The position numbers and the translations under genes are program-made. Shown one piece after another: positions 35,601-47,100 of a stretch of DNA of 63,615 nt. How positions within the stretch are numbered: the first letter of the stretch is position 1; the number at the start of each line of letters is the position of its first letter. The notes beneath the pieces are model-generated. The model was not told the DNA's origin and ran no database searches. It saw only the letters and a program-made list of their open reading frames with translations. This stretch comes from Aplysia californica (Eukaryota). The DNA is taken from NCBI RefSeq assembly GCF_000002075.1, contig NW_004797282.1:292590-356204 (forward strand), given 5' to 3'.

Positions 35601-38600
35601 CGCTCGCAACTGCATAAGGTCATATGAGCGCCAAGGGGTGGATGTCAACAGAGAAGTCCTTACAGGGAATCAGACCTACTCTACTCACCTCTCTAGCTTC
35701 AACAGCACAAAGTCTGCTTGGACTATCAAGGCGCCCTGGAAATAGCGGGTCACAAGAGTGTGACAAACATACAAAAGAAGTAGAAGAAAAAATGACGATA
35801 GTAAGGATTAGGAAAGAAAGAGAAGCAGTTCCATGTTGCAGTTCAGGCACAGTTATGAGCATGACATTGGTGAATCAGCCCAATTACAATTGTACTGTAC
35901 ATAAGAACAAGTTAATGTTCCCAATTTGGAAAAGGCCTAGAGACACTTCAGTCAGTAGCACCGCCCCGGGGGGTGGACCAACGTCTGCTGGTTGGGCCAT
36001 TTTTCACTCTTCTCTACGGGAGCCTGGAGGACCTGTGGCGAACAGCAGCCTTCTTTCTAGGCACTGAGGTGTCCATTTAAAATGAACGAGAAGCGAGACT
36101 CTCTTGATATTTACGTATGGAATTTTGTCATCATTACTTGTGCCTCTGACCAGGCAGCTTCTCTCTTGAGATCCTGCGTGGAGTTTTAGAATTTTGAAGA
36201 ATTTTTCCCTCCTTGCTTTTTGGATATGAGCTCCTCTGGTAAACGTCTATCCAGCCTCCCCCCCCCCCATAGATATTGTTTGTCTTTCGTGCATGATATC
36301 AAGGCTACCTTTCATGTTGGCCCCACGGCGAGCAGAGACCCTGGATGTGGGAAGATAGTTATGAAAGTTCCAAATGGAGGGCTGAAGTAGATCCTTACTG
36401 CTCCTATGTACTTGGAGCTGGGTTGTGACTTATTTTTACCTTGTTCTGTCATTGAATTCAGACTTTTTTAGTCTGCATCATGGAAGAGTTTGCCTCCTTA
36501 AGTGTCCAGTGCTCTACTTTAAAACCTAACATACTACCCAGTTATTTGTCATCTCAGGATTTGTCTGTGGCTTGACGATTTCTGAAGTAAGCTCTTTTTT
36601 TTTCCTGTCTCTTTTGTTATTTCTGGTTGAGTGCTTTTAAAAAAAATGACATTAAATGACCATTGTGGAGTCAGTATCTTATTGTTTGTACCAAGCAAGA
36701 AGCGCCGATCATATGTGAGGCAGCGTGGTGAAATCATGCACTCATCAAAATAATGAAAGACAACTGTTTTGGCAAGTTAGATTGAAACGAAGAGAAAGTT
36801 ACTCGAGGGTTTTAGTACCAAGAGAAAAGTTATCGATTCCACATTGCAAGCTATATTGCCCTACCATATGCATTTTACATCACTAGGAGCCCAGACACCC
36901 AACCTGTCCCCCCCACCAGCCAGCCACAAGAGCAACCACAGCCAGGCTGACAGCCTGAGGCAGCCTCTTCCCACTGCGCCATCGCCGAGGAGAGCAGCAT
37001 CGCCCAGGAGAGTGGTAATGGGCAGCCAGTCACAGAATGGCTTTGGTGGAGATGTGGCGAGTCAGCTGCAAGGAATCATCCGGGGAGAGTTGAGACGCAT
37101 CTTTGAGGTTAGCCAGTGGTTTTGTTGGTGCTATATTGATTGACTGCTCTTAGGAATACTTCGTCATCGTTGTTGTTGTTGGTAGTGATCCCGTAGCATC
37201 TGAGCATTAACTCTTGTAGTAATGAAATAAGCAATAAAAGGGCCGCCTAAGTTTGGTAACTCCAATAGCTGCCTTACATTTGTTAACAACACCATGCAAT
37301 CAGCCGCTCATGAATTTTTAGGTATTTGAAGTTGTTTTTATCTTTTAACTTGTTTGTTTGTCTTGCTTCTGATGGAAAAAGTAAATAGAAGTCGAGATAT
37401 CTTTGATTGAAGGAGGTGGGGGTCGCCAGGTGTCAGAAGCAAAATTAAAGAGAAATTGGCTGCCAAAGTTTGGTGACTTCCAAAGCTTGAGTGTCTTTGG
37501 AAACTGCAAATTTTCATTTTTTCTTTAACCTTTCATCAATGTTTTTCAGTGAGGATCACACAGAATTTTGTTTTTTAAAATGGACTTGAAAGGTGTTGAG
37601 TTTTTTTAAAAATTGAGTGAAAGTTGAACAAAAAGGAGCAAAATGCAAAATGCCCGACAAATACAAGGATCCTCTCCTCCCCCCCTCCCCCCCCTTCCCC
37701 CACAGTAAAGAGAAACAAAAAGTAATTTGATGGTCAAAGTTTCCTTTTATTGTTTTTTTTTACCTCAGGTCCAGCACCGTGGTATGCTTGCGCTGATGGG
37801 TGCAGTGGACGGGGCTCCCCTCCCAGGCTCCCCAGTACCGGAGGTTTTCCCGCCCAGCCTGGCACAACAGACCTCCAACAATGTCCACCATGCCGCCTCT
37901 CCTCAGCGGGCGGTCAGGTCTCAGCAGCCTCACGTTGGGAACTCCCCGTCCAGAAATGTGGCCGGGTGGAGCGATGATGACACAATCGCTCAGACAATCA
38001 GTTTTCACGAAGAGCTAGTGTCTCAGTCGTCAGCCAAGCAGCTGAGTCACTCTCGCAGGCGGTCGAGCAAGAGCAAGCAGAGCGGCCACATGAGGGAAGC
38101 CTTGTCTGAGCTTCAGAACCTTCAGGCCGAAACTACTCAGGTGGGACTTGCGCAAATTTTTCTTTCTTTTCTTTCTTCATGCATCTAGTCTGAATAATTC
38201 CCTAACTCAACCTAGTGATAAAAATCTACAATGATTATTAACACCCGGATAAAAGTGTACAGTACAACCTGTACTATTCTATTATGAAAACTCTGTTTAA
38301 CTACACAAAATATTTTCTTAAAATATTACTGACATGTGCTTCATTTATAATTTATGCTTTTTCACAGAAGTTTCCTCTCTAAAATGTGTATGCTTTATGT
38401 GATGTGAGCAATAGCCTCAAACTCTGCATAAAATATCTACCTACCTTTTTGCAACTGCTACACTCATAATTGCATTTCTGGAATCATCAAGTGAAAGTTG
38501 TCAAAGTGTTCCTTTCTTTCAGTTTAAACATGTCAACATAACTTCAGAACCATCAGGCTGAAATCACTCTCCATGTTGGTCTTTTTGAAATTTTTCTTTC

Positions 38601-41600
38601 TTTCACTTTCTTCTTGCGACTCTACTCGCAAACAATTAAACAAGCAAACAATTTCACAAGCAAACAAACAAACAAACAAGCAAGCTGTGTAAATCTGTGT
38701 TGTCCTCCTGATTTTACAGGTTCCCCACCCTGGAGGTCGACATTTGTCCGCCTCACACAGTGAACAGATCAGCCAGAGAGCCCAACAAGTCTTCTCTAGT
38801 TATCCAGGGTATGCAGTTTTTTGGTTATCTTATTTGTTCTTTCACTCCTTAAACATTCTGGTTATGCCGAGACTAAATTTTTTAGACTGGGTTACAGAAA
38901 AGGGCAAAAGAAAAGAAAATTTCCTTGATTTTTGATGGAGATTTGTTTTACAAAGATGTGCATGATTGTCAATGATATCAAATCTCACATTGAAACAGTG
39001 GCATGTCATTGTTGGCCACTGCGGTGAAGAAACCAGTTATTTGAGCAAGGGTTGAAGTGTTTTGCTGAAGAACTCACCTCAGTGCCCACTCATGAAACAG
39101 CTGTGTCAGTGACATGTAAGTGTTTAAAGGAAAGTTTCTTATATGTGTTAACAATGTAGTTTTACTATCGTTTAGTTTGTCCATCCTACATATATTCAAT
39201 GCATGAACTTGAAGGGAAAGTATAATTATCTGCATCTTTTGTTTGGAAAGTTATTGGCCTTGTTTAAATCATTTGCATTTCTTCTGTCTCTTTGATATAT
39301 TAATTTTGCTGGTTCATGTTTTACTCTCTGTCTCTGTTTGTCTCTCGAAATGGTTTAAATTCAGATGAATTTCCTTCTTTATAAACACATTGTTAATATT
39401 TTTGTCTTGGTTATTGTCAAAATTTGACAGTAGATGGATAAGATGTGATCCGTTAAAGCTTATATTATTTTATGACATCTGTTTCTTCTAATTCAAACCA
39501 GCCACTTGCTCTTTGCTACCATGTGTATACACCAGATCTTTGGTAATTCTCTTCTTCTTTAGCTCAACGTTCCTTTTTTTTAATGTCAAAATATTTCATT
39601 TGTCTATGCGTATATCCATATGTTTTCATTCAGACTTCTATATAACTTTCTTATTTTCTTTTTTCGAAATATTCCATGCTCTGCACATTTACATGTACAT
39701 TATTATATCTACATGTTTTCTGTCAGACCTCCATTAGCTTTTTTCTTGTCTTAAAAAAGAAGTCGAAACTGTTCAAGATGGCCACCTATTTTCAGGTTAG
39801 AAGTGGCTGTCTTTTGCCGGTGGCCATCTTACAGAGTTTTATTTAATGTAAAAAGTATGCAAGGAAGGAAATGGGAAGTTGCCGTTTGTGCAAGTCTAAC
39901 ACAGGTGGCCATCAGAGCAGGTTGGACTGTGTACCACTTCTTTGGGGGTTCTCGTGGCTTGGAGGTTAAGGTGTTCGCCTCTCATTCAAAGGTCCCTGGT
40001 TCTAATCCGGGTAGCGACCGAAAAATTTTCTTCTCTAAAATTGTCTCCTTTCACCACATTTCCTGCTCTCTAGCAATGTTCTGCCCCCACCTCCTCACCT
40101 CCTTTACCCCTCCTCTGGGCTTCTGACTCTTTCTATAGCCTTTTTACTGCTACTCCTTGGCTCCTTCTTACTGCTGTCTTTCAGCTACACCCCTGATCCT
40201 CTGGTAGGAGAGATCTACGCTTCGCCTTCTCGGACAAGGGCGAAAAATCTTGGAGATCTCGTGTACAAGTTGCGCACATGAAAGATCCCTTGGTGGTCTA
40301 AAATCGATAAGAGTAGGCTTCGGCCGCTACCTGGGCAAAATTCAAAATTTCTCACAACTAAAAATGTTTGATATAGCCCATGTGCTCATATAACCTTATG
40401 CAGTTGCGAGCGCTGTAAAAAATTTACCCAAAATAAAATTTAAAAAATACTACTTCTTCGCACGTTGGCCCAAGTTTGTATGTTCATGTTTTCAGGCTTC
40501 CACCTACCATTCATATATTTTTCCCTCTCAAAATACTTCTTTTCTCTTATTATGTTCACAGTTTTTTGTTTTCTTGCTTTTGTTCAGACCTCCATCCGGC
40601 AGTGCTGGAGAAAACATCCATCTTCCATATCTTCCGTTCCAAGCCTGGACCTCGTCCGGTGTTGCCCCGACCCACAACCAGGGACCTGGTGTGCCCAAAC
40701 TGCCTCTGCTGCGCGTTGACCCACCCACACAGGAACATGAACCATTTCAGAATCTGCGCAGATTTTTATCTCAAGTGCCTCCACCTGCTCCTCCTCAGTT
40801 TCATTCTCAATCACATTACGCTTCGCATTCTTCCCCTCGTCCTCCTCCTTTCTCTCTCATGCCTCCTCAAGCACAACAGCAGGCTTCATCATCCTTTACG
40901 GCGCCCCGACCGTCAGATCAGCCGCTGCCTTTCCTCCAGCGGTATCCCCCGCCTCCCTATGAACAGAGGCCCCTCCCTCTACTGTCAGCTCCAGCCGAGC
41001 AGACATCAGCATCGGCTCCGTCTGGCTTCCCACTCCTGAGGATTCTTCCGCCAGGTGTGTCGTACGGTGCCAGCGAGGCAGATCTAGCGCGCCAGAGACA
41101 GAGCAACGTGGTGGAGGAGACGCGGCACAGGCTGCTGAGACAGTTCCAGGAGCAGATCATGCAGGGCCGAGAGGAGGCCGCACAGCACGCAGCCGGACAG
41201 CAGCTGTTGCATCTAGAGGGCTCTGAGGAGCTTCGGAAATCTCTGGTAGGAAGGATTGGCTTGATTCACATAAATGAATTTTGATTAGCTTTTTGTTTTT
41301 CTCCCTCACTATGTTTCTTTGACATTATGTTTGTGAAAGAGGCTCTTGAATTAGGCTGTAAAGAGTGCACCAAGACAACTAAATGGCAGGAGGGGAAAAG
41401 CTAAAGACTGAATGAATGGCTGGAATAGAGAAATAGAACACAGACTGAATCAGCAGTTGTAATGCACGTCCTACTATTATAGTATAAGCAGGCCAATGCT
41501 TTATGTCATTCAACAAATCATCGCCTAAGAATTATTTTGTCCAAAGTGCACTCTATATTTAAATACACTACGGGCAAAATAATTCTGAGGCGACGAAATG

Positions 41601-44075
41601 AAACAAAGCATCAACGGATCCTTTCTGTTCTCTAAAATAGATAACATAATACAGAAGAAAATGTGTCACGACGCGGTGGAATCAGGAGCTCATCAACTTT
41701 TGGGCATGTCGAGTTATTGGTGTCATCTGAAAGCTTTCATTTGCCTTGCTTCCAGTGAAATAAATATCCAATTATCTTGAATAGAAGTCAAGATAGTTAA
41801 GATTGAAGGAGGTGAGGTCACCTGGTTTCAGTGGTGAAATTAGTGAGAAAATGACTGCCAAAGTGTAGTAACTCCAACAGCTAAAGAGTCCTTGCAAATT
41901 GAAAAAGAGATATTTTGTCCCTTTGATCAATGTTTTTCAGTAAAATTCAAATGGAAACCTTTTTCTTTTATGGACATAAAAGGGATGAGCCAAAAAACGA
42001 AAATTCAATAAAAAAATTTCCCACCTGCTGGAAAAAAGCAAGTTTCTCTGATTTCGTTATTTGGTGAGTGCCTGATTTCACCACACTGCATCACATATAC
42101 AGTCTCATTATCTTCACGTTATCTCCATCTCTGCTAGGAGTCGATGCGGTCCCAGTCCTTGAGGTCTCAATCTCTGCGGTCTCAGACCTCGGAGAGAACT
42201 TTGTCGGAGAGAGAAGGATCTCGGGCAGAGCAAGAGGATGTCGCTGAGGAGGAGGAAGGGAAAGAAGAAGATGGGCGATCCAAATCAGCAAGTCCCAGAC
42301 GTCCAGTGGCCACAGGTGCTGATGTTGCTGGCATGGACGCTCCTGTCAGCGATGGATTTGCTCTGCCAACTGGTGCGTCCAACGATCATAAAAATTTTTT
42401 TTTCATGTTTTCATTTCTTCTTCTTTTTTGCTAAGTAAGAACGAATATTTCCTTTTACTTTTAAGGGTATGAGGAGCAGATGCATGTCTTCCAAAATAAT
42501 GTACTTTTGAGGAACTTGCCTTGTAATGAAAATTTCTTTGGAAGACATTTGTTTCTCAACAGTAAAGAAGCTGTCATTATGCGTTTGTATACTCAAACCT
42601 CAATCAAATCCACACCATATGTACCAATCTGTATGAAGTTATTTAGAGTCCCACATGATAGGTATGTCTTTCAACTAGCTTGTTCCCCCTGCACAGGTAT
42701 ATTTGAGAGCTATCTGAAGCTTGGCGAGAACTTGTTTGGTCCGGAGGTCAATGAGACAAACTCGGCACTGCACATGCAGTTGGCACAAGCCATGCACAGG
42801 CATGCTGCCAAACGGGTCAAGGCCAAGGTGAGTCTCACACTTTTCTTTTCTACAAGTTCCATTACCAGAACTTTAACACAGTCACGCTGGGGGGTGTGGA
42901 TGATACTCTAGCTTCTTTTTCTTGGCTCATCTCTTAGATGAGAGAGATATCAATTCTCATGTCCCTGAACAAAATTGGTGCCTTTAAGGGAGCTATTTTG
43001 ATTTGTTTGACTATTGATCCTCTGTATGTGTTTGCGTCTTTTCTTTCTTTCTAGTCGTTTCTGTCTGTCTTGCTCCTCCCCCCACACTGAGTGACTTTTA
43101 TTGTGGGTTTTTTTCTGTTGCCTGCATGATGATTTCAGACGCAGAGCCTAATCATTACATCTGTGTCACTTATTTAGTAGTGACTTATTTCTAAAATAAA
43201 TGAACTCGAGTTCTAAAATTATCATGATCTTTTTGTCAATGTACTTTTTTTTTTTCAACAAGCACGTGATTTAGTGCAGTCAGATTTTTATAGTTGTTGT
43301 TGTTATCGATCCAGCAACAGCTGCTCTCTCGCCCTTCTGTCCAATGCCATGTAGTGATAAGTGCAGGTTAGCTGCAGTTGCTGTAATGTTCCGTAGAGTG
43401 TGTTGTCAAAGTTAAGTCTCGGAGGGAGAAGTATAGCTCTACTGCAGTCAGATAAGTTGCCATGTTTTGCTTGTCGAAGCTCTACTGCAGTCAGATAAGT
43501 TGCCATGTTTTGCTTGTCGAAGCTCTACTGCAGTCAGATAAGTTGCCATGTTTTGCTTGTCGAAGCTCTACTGCAGTCAGATAGGTTGCCATGTTTTGCT
43601 TGTCGAAGCTCTACTGCAGTCAGATAAGTTGCCATGTTTTGCTTGTCGAAGCTCTGCTGCAGTCAGATAAGTTGCCATGTTTTGCTTGTCGAAGCTCTAC
43701 TGCAGTCAGATAAGTTGCCATGTTTTGCTTGTCGAAGCTCTACTGCAGTCAGATAAGTTGCCATGTTTTGCTTGTTGGAGCTCTACTGCAGTCAGATAAG
43801 TTGCCATGTTTTGCTGATCGGAGCTCTACTGCAGTCAGATAAGTTGCCATGTTTTGCTGATCGGAGCTCTACTACAGTCAGATAAGTTGCCATGTTTTGC
43901 TGATCAGAGCTCTACTGCAGTCAGATAAATTGCCATGTTTTGCTTGTCGGTTGGCTGCAGGTGGACTTCAGCACCATGACCCAGGAGCAGGTGGACGCAG
44001 CCATGGCCACTGATCCCGCCATGGAGGTTGTGAGGACTGCTGAGGCAGCCACCTCCATCACCAAGGACACAGGTT

Positions 44076-44112
<37 letters not shown>

Positions 44113-47100
44113 GTGTGAGTGTGTATGTGTGTGTGCGCGTGTGTGTGTGTAATGTATTCAGCGATGGCCACTGACATTAATATTTGTTTGTTTGGAATAG
44201 TATTTTGAATGGAACTTCATTTGTAAATTAAAATGATTCTTTTTATATCATAATGTGTGGCACAACGCTGTGGAATCAGGTGCCCGTCAATTTTGGGGCA
44301 TATAGAGTTATTAGTATTATCTCCAAGCTTATCCAATTGTCTTGCGTTTGGCATAAAAAATACCCAGCTATCTTGAATAGAAGCTGAGATATTTGCGATA
44401 GAAGGAGGTGGGGGGGGATGGCTTAATTTTTTAAACTAGCCTCAATTGTTATGCGAAAATATGATTAAATTATGACAAATTGATACATACTGCTGTGCAA
44501 AAATTGGGTCTCAATGACTGGCCTGTTAAAGAGATAATTGAGGATAAGTTGCGCGACAAATTTTTGACTGCAGTTTACTTGAGTTTATCTGCGATTTTAC
44601 CCCCAGGTTCGGATCCTATCGAGGAGGCATTGCGTGAGTACGACCTGAAGCGTCACAACAACCTGGTGCCTCCGGACATCTTCATGGGGCTACGCTTCGC
44701 TGACCAGGACTCACAGAGCGGGGTGGCTGCTCATGCAGCGCCCAGCGACCCTGTGAGTTGGCTTGTTTATTTTGCTACTTATTTTAACTCTTTCTCTCTG
44801 AGGAGCTCAAATGACCGTATGCAGTTGCGAGTGCCGTAAAACCCTCTACTATAAAAAACAAACAAAATACAACCCACTATGCAGGGACCCTCTTTTGGTA
44901 CGAAATCTAAGAATGACACATACGTCTCTAAATTGATCATCAAATCAAAATAAATGTACCTAGTTTGATAGCTCTTCGTCTAATGAAACATCTTCTGGTT
45001 ATAAGAGACCTATTATTGGCAATTTTAATTAGACATTGAAATCGCCGTATTGGAATGTGCCCAAGCCACTGGAAGTGGCTTGCTGGAGATATAGAGTTAA
45101 GGGCTGCTTATATTTCATGTACACATATCCCATAGTCACAAACTGATTGCCGTAAAGTTTCAAAGATCGGTGATTCGCTTTCTTAATGTAAAACGAATAA
45201 ACCAAATGTGTGTCTTTTTAACTTTCAATGCAGAGAAAGAAAAGAATGGCATCTGTGGTGAAGCCATTAGGTGCATCAGCATTACGTGCGGTTGGTTCCT
45301 TGGCTTTATAGCTCAGCCCACTACTTCTTCTCATCGGTATTTTCAATGAGTTGTTCTAATTTTTAGGAAATGTCGCTGTTATTTTGCTGGGTTGCTGTAG
45401 GTTACAATTTGAGTCTCTCTATTTGAATTTCTTAACAATGATTAACTTAAGACTCAAACCCAAGGGGTGTTGCTGCATGGTGAGATGAAGCTTCTAAATG
45501 TTGTTAGATTTCAAGAAAAAGTAATGAGACTTACCCTTTTTTTCCCTTTCATTTTAGGTATTTTACACCCCCGCTTACACAATTCAGATCATTTAGAAGA
45601 GAGGCTTTAGCCTTGCCTGTCAAGGACGACTGAGATTAAGAAAGATATAATGTCCCAGCAAAAAGACAGAGAAACTGTAAAAATTCTCCCCACCTGGGAA
45701 TCGAACTCAGGTCTTCTGAGTGAGATAATAAAGAGCATTATGGCTACACCACAGACATGTTTCTGTATTTTCTGTGCATTAAAAGTTTAAAAGAAGCATC
45801 TGATTTATTCATTCAACACTGAGCCAGTATTTGGTTCCTTTTTTAAATCTGCTTTTTGTAAAAAAATTTTATACAGTGCCGTTCTCCCAGTTTCCATTTG
45901 TTATTAGGGATTCAGAAATATGCAAGATGATTTTAAGTCTTTTATTGCTTCCTTAGGTGTGTGAATTTCTGAGAAAAAAAATGAAGTGAGTTGGGATGTA
46001 ACTGAAATTAAACTAAACATGAAATTGTTGTTGGATGATTATAAGGATAACCCTTGTTTCAGAACGTTCTCGTTTATCAAATGTTTTAGCAATGTTTTAA
46101 CCATGACTCTTTGTCCTGTCAGACTGGAAGAGGCCGGGCGTTCTTGAATGTGGTGGACATCAGAGCGTCATCAGTTCTGAAGGACATCCCGGACAGAACC
46201 AAGGCCCAGGAGGCGGCTGTGGACCAGGACAAACTGGACACTGCTGTGTTGGCCTCGGAGAGGACTGCTCACCAGATAGGTAGGGCGGCATCTAGTGCTA
46301 CAGATTGGTGAACAAATGGTACCCGGGTATTATCTAAGATAAGAAGATGATACAATGTGGAAAAATAAACTTTGACCCATGTCTATGGTGTAGTTGTTAG
46401 GCTCTTTTCCATCACTCACAAAAGGAAAGAATTCAATTCCCGAGTACCGGGTAGGGAATGTAGTGTACAAACACCTGCTAGTTATCTGCCATGTATGTTT
46501 ATTATTCTTCTGTACTTCCTGTTGTCCTTAAAAGGGCTAACGATCTTTTAATCAACAACTTATACTTAATAACCTGATCATGTCCCTTGGACTATAAACT
46601 AATATAAATATAAGTAAGCTTTATTCTATTACAGGGAAACTTAAAAAAAAAATTAGATATGTCAATCTGTATGCTGTGATGCTTTATCCTTCTAAGTCTG
46701 GGTTAGCTCATGACAGGCAGGGCTGAGGTAGCTCACCTCCTATGTTATGATCTAAATCATGTTAATGGAAGCTTGAAACACCTAAAAGTTTGTAGATAAG
46801 GATAAGCTTTGTTTAATAAAGATGTATTAAGCTTTCACTCACATCTTTAGTCACTGCCTGTCTTCAAGTATTCTTCTCCAAATGTAGTGAAATGAGGTAA
46901 AGTGCTTTTCCCAAGGATGCTTCATTCTACCCAGGAAAACAGGGATTGGAGTCCTCAACCTTCAGCCTGCAAGTTTGTTGCCTTACCACCAGACTAGGAT
47001 GCTCCTGGTGTAGACATAGGTGTTGTGCAGTTTTCAATTTGGTAAAAGTTGTACTACGCTCACAACTGCATAAGATCAAATGAACGCGCAGGATACAAGT

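Noticed and set aside
35624-36067. Apparent small paralogous proteins (also 22085-22381, 59227-59412, 58866-59246)
   Set aside because: Antisense translations of family L retroelement copies, with frames not conserved between copies.
40476-41039. 187-aa overlapping ORF in another frame of exon 31
   Set aside because: Expected by-product of C-rich Pro-coding sequence; splice phases support only the other frame.
43435-43950. CRISPR-like array
   Set aside because: Head-to-tail units with no unique spacers, inside a eukaryotic intron, and no cas genes.
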